Source: Candidatus Abawacabacteria bacterium RBG_16_42_10
Lineage (GTDB): Bacteria; Patescibacteriota; Gracilibacteria; RBG-16-42-10
Reading direction: 5' to 3'
NCBI GenBank assembly: GCA_001773455.1
Contig: MEWR01000011.1
Span: forward strand, 26,323 to 66,620
Length of the DNA stretch: 40,298 nt
Below, piece after piece: positions 16,642 through 24,741 of this stretch. Below the pieces are notes generated by a model, which searched no databases, had not been told where the DNA came from, and worked only from the letters and a program-made list of their open reading frames with translations. A program made the position numbers and the translations under genes. Numbering within the stretch: position 1 is the stretch's first letter; every line of letters begins with the position of its first letter.

Positions 16642-16824
16642 TTATTTCGTTTCCACAAATTCAACGTGTTTGCGTTCTACTTTTGAAAACTTCTTAATAC
16701 GGATCTTTTCCGTAGTATTCTTCTTGTTTTTTACAGAAGTCATTCGCTCGCTGCCAGTTGTCCCATCGACACGCTTAAACTTGTGTTCAAGAGTTATCCA
16801 GAGACGATTTGTTTTCTTGGCCAT
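16642..16824 (-). CDS. rpmG: 50S ribosomal protein L33 (zinc-free C- form)
   Basis: MAKKTNRLWITLEHKF....KNKKNTTEKIRIKKFSKVERKHVEFVETK matches the L33 pattern (..KN....KLELKKYCP..RKH..H.E.K) with the Cys residues replaced. Internal ATG 16824 chosen. Confidence 0.8.
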   Translation of the reverse strand: MAKKTNRLWITLEHKFKRVDGTTGSERMTSVKNKKNTTEKIRIKKFSKVERKHVEFVETK

Positions 16825-16883
16825 AATGGGTTTAAAAAGCGTCAGTAAGCTACAATAAAATGTTCGAGAAGTAAAGATAAATA

Positions 16884-16972
16884 ATAACAATTGAAAATTA
16901 ACAATTATCAATTAACAATGGGAATCAGAACTCATAAAATAAGGAGCATTAATTATTGTTAATTTTATATGA
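16884..16972. repeat. Heptad array, dialect IV (ATTAACA/ATTGAAA), plus inverted partner
   Basis: aataacaattgaaaattaacaattatcaattaacaat (16884-16918). 10-bp inverted partner attgttaatt near 16955-16965. Shares a 21-nt exact match with 22518-22538. Confidence 0.6.
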
Positions 16973-18086
16973 GCTTTTTCTGATAAAATTCATTATACAT
17001 TTGCCATTTGGTCATGATATGTGCACCGAGGCCGATGAGGATGACGACGAAGCTAAAGAAGCCACCTATCACAGGAAGTAAACCGATGAACTCTATGACC
17101 ACGATGCTGAGGAAGAGCATTCCTGCTGCCGACCATTTGTTATGGTCTTTTGCAAATTCGATACCGCTTAATTTTTGCATCAAATAAAATGCAAAAAGCA
17201 GTTTGGAAACATAGAGAAGTATGAGCAAGATAGCTCCTCCGATGAGTGCCAAAGGGAAGCCAATAATAGTAATTGCCAGAATAAAAAATCCAATAACAGC
17301 GGCAATCAGAGATACAAAGCCGAGCCCCAAACTTTGCCAAAACTTATTTCCCAAATTATCAACATGTCTCTGAAGTGCGCGAGGGATCAGTGCTAAAACA
17401 ATCAAGCCGAGAATCCAATAGGAAATTGAGCCGAGAAGCTTTCCGATCCAGAAATCCGGATTGCTATATGGTGAACGTAAATTTTGTTCTTCTCGTGGAA
17501 GGATGATTGTTTTCCCATGAATTTTTGCTGAAGACATCACATTTGGTTTATTGGGTGAGCTATATTTGAAGTCTCCTGCAATTGAGGCTTTGTTTTCCAA
17601 ATTAATTTCCTCAGCTTCTATCCTCGTAGATCCGCTGATGGAATTGTCCAAAGTGAAAGTTCCCCCGGTTACAACGACATTCCCGTCTACAGGGCCATTA
17701 ATTTGCACCTCTCCCGCAAAAGCTTTGATATTTCCATTAATCTTACCGTTGATCATGATTTGCCCTCCCGCCAGGAGCAGATTTTTGCCGACACTCGCGG
17801 TCTCATCGATGATAATAGAGCCACCTGCAGCGATGACATCGCCAGCGATCAGTCCGCTAATCTGTACTTGTCCCCCAGCCACAATCAAGTCTCCCTCCAC
17901 TTGTCCATTAATCCTGATCATGCCTGCAGCCACAATGAGGTTATCGGGAACAATATCATTACTGTCGAGTATATATTTCTCCGCTGTCTGAATTTCTGCA
18001 GCTTGTGCTGAGGACACAAAAACAAAACTGAAACTAAGTGCCAAAGTACAGATAATACTTAAGCGAAATAAAGTGCGTCGAAACAT
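16965..18086 (-). CDS. Exported bactofilin-like beta-helix repeat protein with C-terminal multi-pass membrane domain
   Basis: Signal peptide ...FVSSAQA/AE. About 150 aa of G-x-[IV]-x-G-[DN]-[IVL] repeats (GDLIVAGGQVQISGLIAGDVIAAGGSIIID...). Then about 5 TM segments. Confidence 0.6.
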   Translation of the reverse strand: MFRRTLFRLSIICTLALSFSFVFVSSAQAAEIQTAEKYILDSNDIVPDNLIVAAGMIRINGQVEGDLIVAGGQVQISGLIAGDVIAAGGSIIIDETASVGKNLLLAGGQIMINGKINGNIKAFAGEVQINGPVDGNVVVTGGTFTLDNSISGSTRIEAEEINLENKASIAGDFKYSSPNKPNVMSSAKIHGKTIILPREEQNLRSPYSNPDFWIGKLLGSISYWILGLIVLALIPRALQRHVDNLGNKFWQSLGLGFVSLIAAVIGFFILAITIIGFPLALIGGAILLILLYVSKLLFAFYLMQKLSGIEFAKDHNKWSAAGMLFLSIVVIEFIGLLPVIGGFFSFVVILIGLGAHIMTKWQMYNEFYQKKLI

Positions 18087-18130
18087 GGGAAAATGTTAAA
18101 AAGACATGTGGAGAATATCATAGAGATCAC

Positions 18131-18162
18131 ATTCTGAATCCTGAATCTTGAATTCTGAATTG
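18131..18162. repeat. Heptad array, dialect III (CTGAATC/CTGAATT), in a divergent promoter region
   Basis: attctgaatcctgaatcttgaattctgaatt, immediately followed by TTGACA (18160-18165). Confidence 0.6.
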
Positions 18163-18224
18163 ACACTATTTCCCATTTTTTATTCTCTGCGCTATGATGC
18201 GGACGATTTGTAATCACCATCGAG

Positions 18225-19619
18225 ATGGCGCTTAGCAGCAGTCAAAAGAAATTTATTGCCATTGTGGGTGGTGTTGTCATCGTTTTTGTCCTGGCATTTT
18301 TGCTTTTTGGGCGTGGTGGCGGTGGTGAAAAACGAACAATTAACCTGACAATCTGGGGGGTTGGAGATACCCAAAGTGATATTCAACCAATCATTACTGA
18401 ATTTGTGAAATATGCGAAAAGTACTGATGCGTATGCGGGAGCCGCTTTGCTTATAGATTATCGAACATGGCGAGAAGATGAGTATGAGGATATTTTACTC
18501 AATCAAATGGCAGAGGGACGTGGACCAGATATTTTTTATATTCACAATACTTGGTTACCTAAATACCACAATAAATTAGTCGCATTGCCTGCCGATCAAA
18601 TGACTCGAGATCAATTTCGTAGTTTGTTTCTTCCGGTAGCTGCAGAAGATCTTATATATGATAATAAGATTTATGCTCTACCTCACTATGTCGATACATT
18701 AGCGCTGTATTACAATACCCAACAGTTTCAGTCATCAGGCACGGGCAGTACACGTCCTACAGCTACCTGGAGTGCATTCAAGGCTCAGGCTGCCGCTCTG
18801 ACGAATAAATTTGGTACTTCCATCACGAGAAGCGGTACAGCACTTGGTACAACAAAAAACATCAAGCATGGTGTCGATATTTTTTATCTCATGACATTGC
18901 AAAGAAATGGAAAAATCTGCCGTGATGAGAAGTGCGCAGCAGTTTTTTTGGCAGATAATAAGGAAGCCCTGCAATCAATGAACGAATATACAAGTTACAG
19001 TGATTCAAAGAGTACAAATTATACGTGGGACAGTAATTATCTCAAAGGCATGGAAACAAGCAATATTTTTAATGATATCGATGCATTCATTCGAGGTCGT
19101 GTCAGTAGTATATTTGCATATGCTGATGACTATGATCAAATCAGTGTGTTAGGCAAAAATAGCGGACTTCGATTTGAAATTTCTGAAATTCCACAGACTG
19201 ATGAGTCGGCAGCGAATGCTGAAAATATTGCTTTTGCCAGTTATTGGGCTCCGGCTGTTTCACGAAACAGCAATTATCCTCAATTAGCATGGGATTTTGT
19301 TAAATATATGACAAGCAAAGATGTACTCACCGAGTACTACAAACGCCGTCCCCGACCTCCTAGTAGGGAAGATCTGATGAATACTGACCAAGAAAATCCC
19401 TTGCGTGTATTTCACAGACAGGCAAAATATGCCCAAAGTCTCGTGATTTTCGATAAGACTCGATTTACACAGGCCTTTTCTGATGCTTTGGAAACTGTCG
19501 CTGACAAGGCTATGTCATCTTTTAATGCCTTACGTAAGCTGGAAACTGACCTCAATAAGATCATTGATCCATATTTGCAAGTAGAAGGTGAGGAAGTAAC
19601 TGAATCTGGTGTTCAATGA
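18225..19619 (+). CDS. Extracellular solute-binding protein (ABC-type, family 1-like) with N-terminal membrane anchor
   Basis: TM anchor followed by INLTIWGVGDTQ...PDIFYIHNTWLPKY...ALPHYVDTLALYYN, typical of SBP_bac_1 sugar-binding proteins. No permease or ATPase gene is adjacent. Confidence 0.65.
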   Translation: MALSSSQKKFIAIVGGVVIVFVLAFLLFGRGGGGEKRTINLTIWGVGDTQSDIQPIITEFVKYAKSTDAYAGAALLIDYRTWREDEYEDILLNQMAEGRGPDIFYIHNTWLPKYHNKLVALPADQMTRDQFRSLFLPVAAEDLIYDNKIYALPHYVDTLALYYNTQQFQSSGTGSTRPTATWSAFKAQAAALTNKFGTSITRSGTALGTTKNIKHGVDIFYLMTLQRNGKICRDEKCAAVFLADNKEALQSMNEYTSYSDSKSTNYTWDSNYLKGMETSNIFNDIDAFIRGRVSSIFAYADDYDQISVLGKNSGLRFEISEIPQTDESAANAENIAFASYWAPAVSRNSNYPQLAWDFVKYMTSKDVLTEYYKRRPRPPSREDLMNTDQENPLRVFHRQAKYAQSLVIFDKTRFTQAFSDALETVADKAMSSFNALRKLETDLNKIIDPYLQVEGEEVTESGVQ

Positions 19620-19630
19620 TAATCTTAACT

Positions 19631-19660
19631 TTGACTTCTATATGCGATTTGTAGTACAAT
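19631..19660 (+). promoter_or_regulatory. Candidate sigma70-type promoter for the pilin-like gene
   Basis: TTGACT (19631-19636), 18 nt, TACAAT (19655-19660). The downstream gene has a clear SD, AAGGGGGTGA, at 19741-19750. Confidence 0.45.
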
Positions 19661-19755
19661 ATAACGAAACTAACACAAAAAACATGTCCAAGTTTCTATC
19701 TGTAGAACATAACAATCTTGCTCATAAATCTGCGCATCGAAAGGGGGTGAGCACG

Positions 19756-20115
19756 ATGAAACGTCTCACTCAAGGTTTGGCAAAAGTACTATTTGCTGTA
19801 ACCGTTTTGGTTCCTCAAGCAGTATTTGCTCAGGGTGGCTTAGGTACTTCAACTCTTCCTTTGCCAGAAGCTCTTCCTTCTCAAACCAGTTTTCTTGATC
19901 TCTTAACATTTATTATCAACTTCTTCTTAGGATTAGTTGGTACTGTTGCTATTTTGATGTTGATATACGGAGGTTTCCTGTATCTTACATCTGCTGGTGG
20001 CGAAAATATCAAGAAAGCTAAGAACACAATTATGTATGCCATTATTGGTATAGTTGTGATCCTTCTTTCATACGCGATCGTAAATACTGTAACCAGTACT
20101 TTAGCAGGTCGTTAA
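19756..20115 (+). CDS. VirB2/TrbC-like type IV secretion pilin-family protein
   Basis: Signal peptide MKRLTQGLAKVLFAVTVLVPQAVFA. Then two TM helices with LTFIINFFLGLVGTVAILMLIYGGFLYLTSAG....KAKNTIMYAIIGIVVILLSY, typical of the CPR T4SS_pilin family. ATG 19756 chosen because of the SD. Confidence 0.6.
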   Translation: MKRLTQGLAKVLFAVTVLVPQAVFAQGGLGTSTLPLPEALPSQTSFLDLLTFIINFFLGLVGTVAILMLIYGGFLYLTSAGGENIKKAKNTIMYAIIGIVVILLSYAIVNTVTSTLAGR

Positions 20116-20142
20116 AAGTTTTATTCATCATTTGATTTGGGG

Positions 20143-20180
20143 CCTTAGTGAATATATGATCACTAAGGTCCTTTTCATAT
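20143..20180 (+). terminator. Rho-independent terminator
   Basis: 9-bp perfect stem ccttagtga / tcactaagg, followed by the T-rich tccttttcatatttt. Confidence 0.6.
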
Positions 20181-20183
20181 TTT

Positions 20184-20627
20184 ATGTACAGTTGGCATTA
20201 TTTAATTAGCGGGTTTACCACTGGTGGATTTGATCGTCCACCCGCACTGTCGGAAGATATCGATTTTGTCAGTTTACTGAGCACCATCGTCAATTATTTT
20301 TTGGGTTTTATCGGTACTTTTGCTTTCATTATTTTCCTTTGGGCTGGTTTCTCTATCCTGACGTCTGCCGGAAATGCCGATAGGGTGAAAAAAGCACGCA
20401 CGGCAATGATTTATGCCATTATCGGCATCGTAGTTATTCTTTTGGCCTATGCCGGGGTGACGACATTGGTAAACTATTTAGAAACTGGGGAAATTAATAT
20501 AGAGGGTACTGGAGCCGGAGTAGCTACTCCCACACCTCGGACTACTAATACTGTTCTTCCAGGTACTACGATTGAAGTAAACCCCACGATTCTTGGGAAT
20601 CCCGGAAGATTTGTGGGCGGCCTGTAG
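20184..20627 (+). CDS. VirB2/TrbC-like pilin-family paralog without obvious signal peptide, with P/T-rich C-terminal extension
   Basis: The core LSTIVNYFLGFIGTFAFIIFLWAGFSILTSAGN...KKARTAMIYAIIGIVVILLAY parallels the previous gene. The N-terminus MYSWHYLISGF is not signal-like. Confidence 0.5.
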   Translation: MYSWHYLISGFTTGGFDRPPALSEDIDFVSLLSTIVNYFLGFIGTFAFIIFLWAGFSILTSAGNADRVKKARTAMIYAIIGIVVILLAYAGVTTLVNYLETGEINIEGTGAGVATPTPRTTNTVLPGTTIEVNPTILGNPGRFVGGL

Positions 20628-20691
20628 AAAAGATGAAGGGAATAAGATGAAGATGGAGGATACTTTCTTTTCTTCATTTCCATCTTATTCC

Positions 20692-21615
20692 TTATTTGTG
20701 GTATTTCTCATGTATCTCTCTTAGTCTTGTATTCGTGAGATGTGTATAGACCTGTGTGGTCGTAATGCTGGCATGGCCGAGAAGTTCTTGTACGGCACGG
20801 ACATCCGCACCATTTTGGAGTAAATGTGTAGCAAAAGAGTGTCGCAGTGTATGTGGGGTGACATGCTTAATGATGCCTGCCTTTTGGGCATATTTTCGAA
20901 TCATGTTTTGAACGCTCAAAGCAGTCAGTCTTCTGTTTTCTCCTAATGTGACGCTCCCCGTACTTCGTGGATGACGATAATTGATAAACAGTGGTTTCCA
21001 CGTGTCTTGGCGGGTAGCTAAGTAATCTTCTAAGACTTTTTTGGCTTGATTGCTGACAAAAACAATTCGGGTCTTGCTGCCTTTACCCCGAACCATAAAT
21101 TCCTTTCGCTTTAGATCAATTTTATCTCGATCCAGACCAATTAATTCACTCACACGTAAACCGGTGGAATAAAGAAGCTCTACAATTGCCAAATCACGCA
21201 GTCCTGCAGGGTTTTTAGTTGCTATCGTCCCTAGTAAACGATCTAATTCCTCCTTTTGTAAGAATTCGACGCTTCTTTGCGGTAATTTACCAACTTCAAT
21301 CTTTTCCGGACTCAAAGTGGGGATATCCATCTTCAGCAAATATTTTAAGAATGCTCTCAGGGCAATAATGTGATAACTCTGTGTCTTTTTGCCGAGTGAT
21401 TGGCCGTGTTTGTCATTGATTCTGTTTAAGTACAAGCGATATTTCTGAATCACCGGTAAAGTGATTTGTTCTGGTCGCAGCATGCCCGCAAAATCGACAA
21501 AACGCATCAAATAATGCTGATAATTGATGATAGTTTTCATCGACTGATTTTTCTCTATCTCAGCATGTTCGAGGAACTCGGTGATGTAGTCGACAATAGT
21601 CTTAGGAGATTCCAT
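20692..21615 (-). CDS. Tyrosine recombinase XerC/XerD family
   Basis: C-terminal catalytic region HTLRHSFATHLLQNGADVRAVQELLGHASITTTQVYTHL (R..H..R/H..Y). ATG 21615 preferred over the TTG at 21702. Confidence 0.85.
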   Translation of the reverse strand: MESPKTIVDYITEFLEHAEIEKNQSMKTIINYQHYLMRFVDFAGMLRPEQITLPVIQKYRLYLNRINDKHGQSLGKKTQSYHIIALRAFLKYLLKMDIPTLSPEKIEVGKLPQRSVEFLQKEELDRLLGTIATKNPAGLRDLAIVELLYSTGLRVSELIGLDRDKIDLKRKEFMVRGKGSKTRIVFVSNQAKKVLEDYLATRQDTWKPLFINYRHPRSTGSVTLGENRRLTALSVQNMIRKYAQKAGIIKHVTPHTLRHSFATHLLQNGADVRAVQELLGHASITTTQVYTHLTNTRLREIHEKYHK

Positions 21616-21746
21616 AGAGAATGTGTGTTTATAATCTATAACACGTATATAGGATAAGGAATAGTGATTAGGGCTTTTTTTGTTCTGTTTTCTAAAAAAC
21701 AAAAAAGAAACCCTCCATACTACTCCTCATCCTATTCACTAATTTG

Positions 21747-21755
21747 TGCTAGAAT
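21747..21755 (+). promoter_or_regulatory. Candidate extended -10 (TGcTAGAAT) for tRNA-Gln
   Basis: tgctagaat ends 13 nt before the tRNA 5' end. Confidence 0.45.
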
Positions 21756-21768
21756 CTCGTCGCTGTAG

Positions 21769-21842
21769 TCGGGGATCGTCTAATGGTAGGACAACAGCCT
21801 CTGGAGCTGTGAGTTGGGGTTCGAGTCCCTATCCCCGAACCA
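21769..21842 (+). tRNA. trnQ: tRNA-Gln (anticodon CTG), CCA end encoded
   Basis: Acceptor TCGGGGA/TCCCCGA with the U1:A72 pair typical of bacterial tRNA-Gln. Anticodon stem ACAGC/GCTGT with loop CTCTGGA. T loop GGTTCGAGTCC. Discriminator A, then CCA. Confidence 0.9.
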
Positions 21843-21877
21843 ACCTGCGCCCTTCGGGCTTCGGTTGGCAGGCCAAC
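21843..21877 (+). other. GC-rich tRNA-Gln 3' trailer element (GCTTCGG..GGCAGGC family)
   Basis: acctgcgcccttcgggcttcggttggcaggccaac. GGTTGG (21863-21868) can pair with the tRNA end CCAACC (21840-21845) or with the downstream CCAA (21873-21876). Confidence 0.5.
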
Positions 21878-21896
21878 TAACTTAAATTCTTAATCT

Positions 21897-22511
21897 ATGG
21901 ATAAATGGAGTCAATTAGCCAGTAAAGAATCAATTGAAACAACTATTGCGGTGCTCAAATCTCACAATATCGAGGCCATTTTGGTGGAGAATGGCGAAGC
22001 AGCCAAAAAGAAAGTATTAGAAATGTTGCCTGAAGGTGCGGAAGTAATGACGATGTCCTCGACGACATTGCAACAGATAGGATTAGTAGAAGAGATAGAG
22101 AATTCTCCCAAATATGACGTGGTGAAAAAGAAATTGTCTGCTATGGATCGGGCTACGCAAAGTCGAGAAATGCAAAGGATCGGTGCCGCTCCGGAATGGG
22201 CGATTGGCAGTGTCCATGCTGTCACAGAAGATGGTCATGCTATGATTGCTTCCAATACTGGCAGTCAATTACCGGCATATGCTTACGGAGCTGGTCATGT
22301 GATCTGGGTCGTAGGTACGCAAAAAATTGTTAAGAATATCGATGAAGGAATGAAGCGTATTTTTGAGCATAGTTTGCCACTAGAAAGTGAGCGTACACAC
22401 AAAGCTTATGGCGTTCCGGGTAGTGCTGTGAATAAAGTATTGCTTGTGAATAATGAAGTGCAATCACAACGCATTACTATGATACTCGTGAATGAAGTAT
22501 TAGGTTTTTAG
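21897..22511 (+). CDS. LUD-domain protein (LutC/YkgG-like)
   Basis: 204 aa. Overall pattern (N-terminal ...IETTIAVLKSHNIEAILVENGEAAKKKVLE, C-terminal ...VLLVNNE) resembles the DUF162/LUD family. Recognised by eye only. Confidence 0.55.
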   Translation: MDKWSQLASKESIETTIAVLKSHNIEAILVENGEAAKKKVLEMLPEGAEVMTMSSTTLQQIGLVEEIENSPKYDVVKKKLSAMDRATQSREMQRIGAAPEWAIGSVHAVTEDGHAMIASNTGSQLPAYAYGAGHVIWVVGTQKIVKNIDEGMKRIFEHSLPLESERTHKAYGVPGSAVNKVLLVNNEVQSQRITMILVNEVLGF

Positions 22512-22541
22512 AAATTAACAATTAACAATTGAAAATTAACA
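22512..22541 (+). repeat. Heptad array, dialect IV, abutting ATG 22542
   Basis: aaattaacaattaacaattgaaaattaaca directly precedes the ATG. Fills the whole spacer between the LUD stop and the thpR start. Confidence 0.6.
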
Positions 22542-23072
22542 ATGAACTCAACCAGGTTATTTGTTGCTCTGGCACTATCAAAACAGTTAAAAGATAAAAT
22601 TATTGCATGGGAGCATGGAAATAACCTTCCTGTGCGTTGGATAATTCCGGAAAATTTGCATATTACATTGTTGCCTCCTTGGGAGGAGAATGATGTGGAA
22701 AAAGCGAAACAATTATTCAAAGATAGTCTCAAAAACACCAAAAGCGTAATACTTCAGTGTCAAGATATTGCGTATGGTCCCGAACCATCATCACCTCGGT
22801 TGATTTGGATCAATTGTGAGTCCTCTTCTGCACTTAGAATTTTAAAGTCGCGATTAGAGGATATTTTCCCAAGTCCTCGCGAGAACAGGCCTTTTGTTCC
22901 ACATATCACATTAGCTCGTTTCCCTCGTCGCAAATGGAAGAAGCTCCAAGCACATGAACTCAACGTTGCTTTCCCTTGGGAAGAAAAGATTCAGGCTATC
23001 CAACTCATTGAATCCAAGCTTCTACCAGAGGGAGCGAAGTATCAAGTGATTGATAATGTTGATCTCGATTAG
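22542..23072 (+). CDS. thpR: RNA 2',3'-cyclic phosphodiesterase (2H family, LigT/ThpR)
   Basis: Two H-x-T/S-x motifs, NLHITLLPPW and PHITLARF, at the expected spacing. 176 aa. Confidence 0.8.
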   Translation: MNSTRLFVALALSKQLKDKIIAWEHGNNLPVRWIIPENLHITLLPPWEENDVEKAKQLFKDSLKNTKSVILQCQDIAYGPEPSSPRLIWINCESSSALRILKSRLEDIFPSPRENRPFVPHITLARFPRRKWKKLQAHELNVAFPWEEKIQAIQLIESKLLPEGAKYQVIDNVDLD

Positions 23073-23272
23073 TCACCCCGACCGATATCATAGATATGAT
23101 CCGGATCTGGATTATCGTCACTATTTGAATTGCATTGAGAAAACAAAGCAACACCGCCGGCAATTGCCAATACCAGGAATATGGCAGTGCGATCGTATTG
23201 TCTCTCCAACCTTTCTCGCTCTGCACGATCGTATTTTGATTCAATGATAAATAATGGTTTTCGTACTCTCAT
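23069..23272 (-). CDS. Hypothetical small single-TM protein
   Basis: 67-aa ORF with one hydrophobic segment (AIFLVLAIAGGVALF). No family recognised. Confidence 0.3.
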   Translation of the reverse strand: MRVRKPLFIIESKYDRAERERLERQYDRTAIFLVLAIAGGVALFSQCNSNSDDNPDPDHIYDIGRGD

Positions 23273-23275
23273 AGA

Positions 23276-23509
23276 TCAGACATATTGTGGCACTCCATAG
23301 CGATCCTCCTTGTCGTATATCAAGCTAAGGAAAAGTCGATTGCTTACTTTTTCTGCCATTGTTTCGGCAATGAACCGTGCAATGAGTGAAGTATTACCTT
23401 GTTTTCGAATTTGTGGCAACTTTTCATTGTAATCAACTTTTGGCAGGATTTGGTCTTCCGGAATCACACAAATATCATCAACCACACCCTGCGCAATAGC
23501 GATATCCAT
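23276..23509 (-). CDS. Hypothetical protein
   Basis: ORF downstream of the methyltransferase. ATG 23509 avoids overlap. No family recognised. Confidence 0.3.
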   Translation of the reverse strand: MDIAIAQGVVDDICVIPEDQILPKVDYNEKLPQIRKQGNTSLIARFIAETMAEKVSNRLFLSLIYDKEDRYGVPQYV

Positions 23510-23525
23510 GCAGGAAAACCCAATA

Positions 23526-24692
23526 TTACCGTATTTGAATGGCAATGAACTTCAGATGATTAGATTCGGGATAATTGACTAGTATAGGAAAGTCCTTATC
23601 AGCATGAGCTTTGTGGACGATTGTGTAGTGTTTCCTTAGAGACTTGAACATGCCATTTAGCATCGATAGAAAATCCTGCCCTGACCATTGGGTGTAGTTC
23701 GTGGAACAGACGAGAACACCATGAGGATTAAGGAGAGGAATACTTTCTTTGATTAATTCTTCATAGTTTTTATTCACTGAAAATGTGCCGGTTTTCTTCT
23801 TGGCAAAGGTCGGTGGATCGAGAATGATCATGTCATAACGAATATTTTTGCGCTGGCAAAATTGAAAATGATCAAAAGTATCATTGGTAATGATGTGATT
23901 TTTCTTTAGATCTAAGCTGTTTAACACAAAATTTTCTTTGGCCCAATCATTATACGTCTTGGAAATATCGACACTGGTGGTCTCTCTTGCTCCACCCATG
24001 GCACAAGCAATGCTTAAGCTAGCTGTATAACTGAATGTGTTACAGATGCTTTTCCCTTTGCACATGGTCTTTAACCAAGCACGATTTGCTCTCTGATCAA
24101 GAAATAGTCCCGTCATGAGACCGCTATTTAACCTGACGATAAACCGGCCTCCGTTCTCGTTAATAATTAAATTTTCTGGTGCAGGTTCGCCATAAATCAC
24201 CGTTGTTTCCGGTTTTTTGGGTGTAGGAGTTCGGTCCTTGGCATACATGCCATTCAAATGAGGCAAAGAGATTCTTAACGCAGCAATGAGATCATTCTGA
24301 TAATGCTCTATACCGTGATTGAAGTTGGTAATGACGGCATAATCATTGAAGATTTCAATGTGGATTCCGGGAACGCCATCAGCCTCACTGTGAATTAATC
24401 GATAAGCTTCTGGGAATTTAGGAAATATTTTTTTTCTTTTCTCCAAAGCCTGTTGCAGTTTTTTTTTCAGAAACTCACCGCTCAAAGGTTTATCAATCAC
24501 ACATACATCGTTTTTTTGTGATCTTCCAGAATACCCAAATGCTAATGATTTCCCGTTATGAATTATTTCGAAACATGCCCCTTCTTCTGGCAGAACCTCC
24601 AGGAAGTCTTGCTTTGTTAAATATGGTATTCCCTTATTGAGTTGTAATATCCCTGTTTTGCGAATCTCGCAGGTTGACAAAAATGTAAGCAT
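23526..24692 (-). CDS. Class I SAM-dependent rRNA methyltransferase, RlmI/RlmK-like (PUA-like N-domain + MTase)
   Basis: Motif IV DMIILDPPTFAKKK, with a preceding Rossmann segment. Size (388 aa) and architecture match RlmI-type m5C methyltransferases. Confidence 0.75.
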   Translation of the reverse strand: MLTFLSTCEIRKTGILQLNKGIPYLTKQDFLEVLPEEGACFEIIHNGKSLAFGYSGRSQKNDVCVIDKPLSGEFLKKKLQQALEKRKKIFPKFPEAYRLIHSEADGVPGIHIEIFNDYAVITNFNHGIEHYQNDLIAALRISLPHLNGMYAKDRTPTPKKPETTVIYGEPAPENLIINENGGRFIVRLNSGLMTGLFLDQRANRAWLKTMCKGKSICNTFSYTASLSIACAMGGARETTSVDISKTYNDWAKENFVLNSLDLKKNHIITNDTFDHFQFCQRKNIRYDMIILDPPTFAKKKTGTFSVNKNYEELIKESIPLLNPHGVLVCSTNYTQWSGQDFLSMLNGMFKSLRKHYTIVHKAHADKDFPILVNYPESNHLKFIAIQIR

Positions 24693-24701
24693 CTCTGAAA
24701 A

Positions 24702-24741
24702 GAGTTCTAACTTAGAACTTTGAACTTAGAATTTTGAACTT
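24702..24741. repeat. Heptad array, dialect II (AACTTAG/GAACTTA)
   Basis: gagttctaacttagaactttgaacttagaattttgaactta fills the spacer between the TIM-barrel stop and the methyltransferase start. Confidence 0.6.

Noticed and set aside
16825-16911. 29-aa N-terminal extension of the L33 ORF (MIIVNFQLLLFIFTSRTFYCSLLTLFKPI).
   Set aside because: L33 proteins start at MAKK... The extension is translated from heptad and AT-rich spacer sequence.
17551-18011. 146-aa and 102-aa plus-strand ORFs opposite the beta-helix gene.
   Set aside because: They arise from the repetitive G/A/I/V-coding sequence read in reverse. The minus-strand gene has a signal peptide, repeat periodicity and TM domain that form a coherent protein.
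20692-21842. Tyrosine recombinase next to tRNA-Gln as the edge of an integrated mobile element.
   Set aside because: The recombinase lies 5' of the tRNA and is divergent from it, not at the tRNA 3' end. I found no direct repeat of the tRNA 3' end within the window. The flanking genes are housekeeping-like. It is more likely the chromosomal XerC/D.
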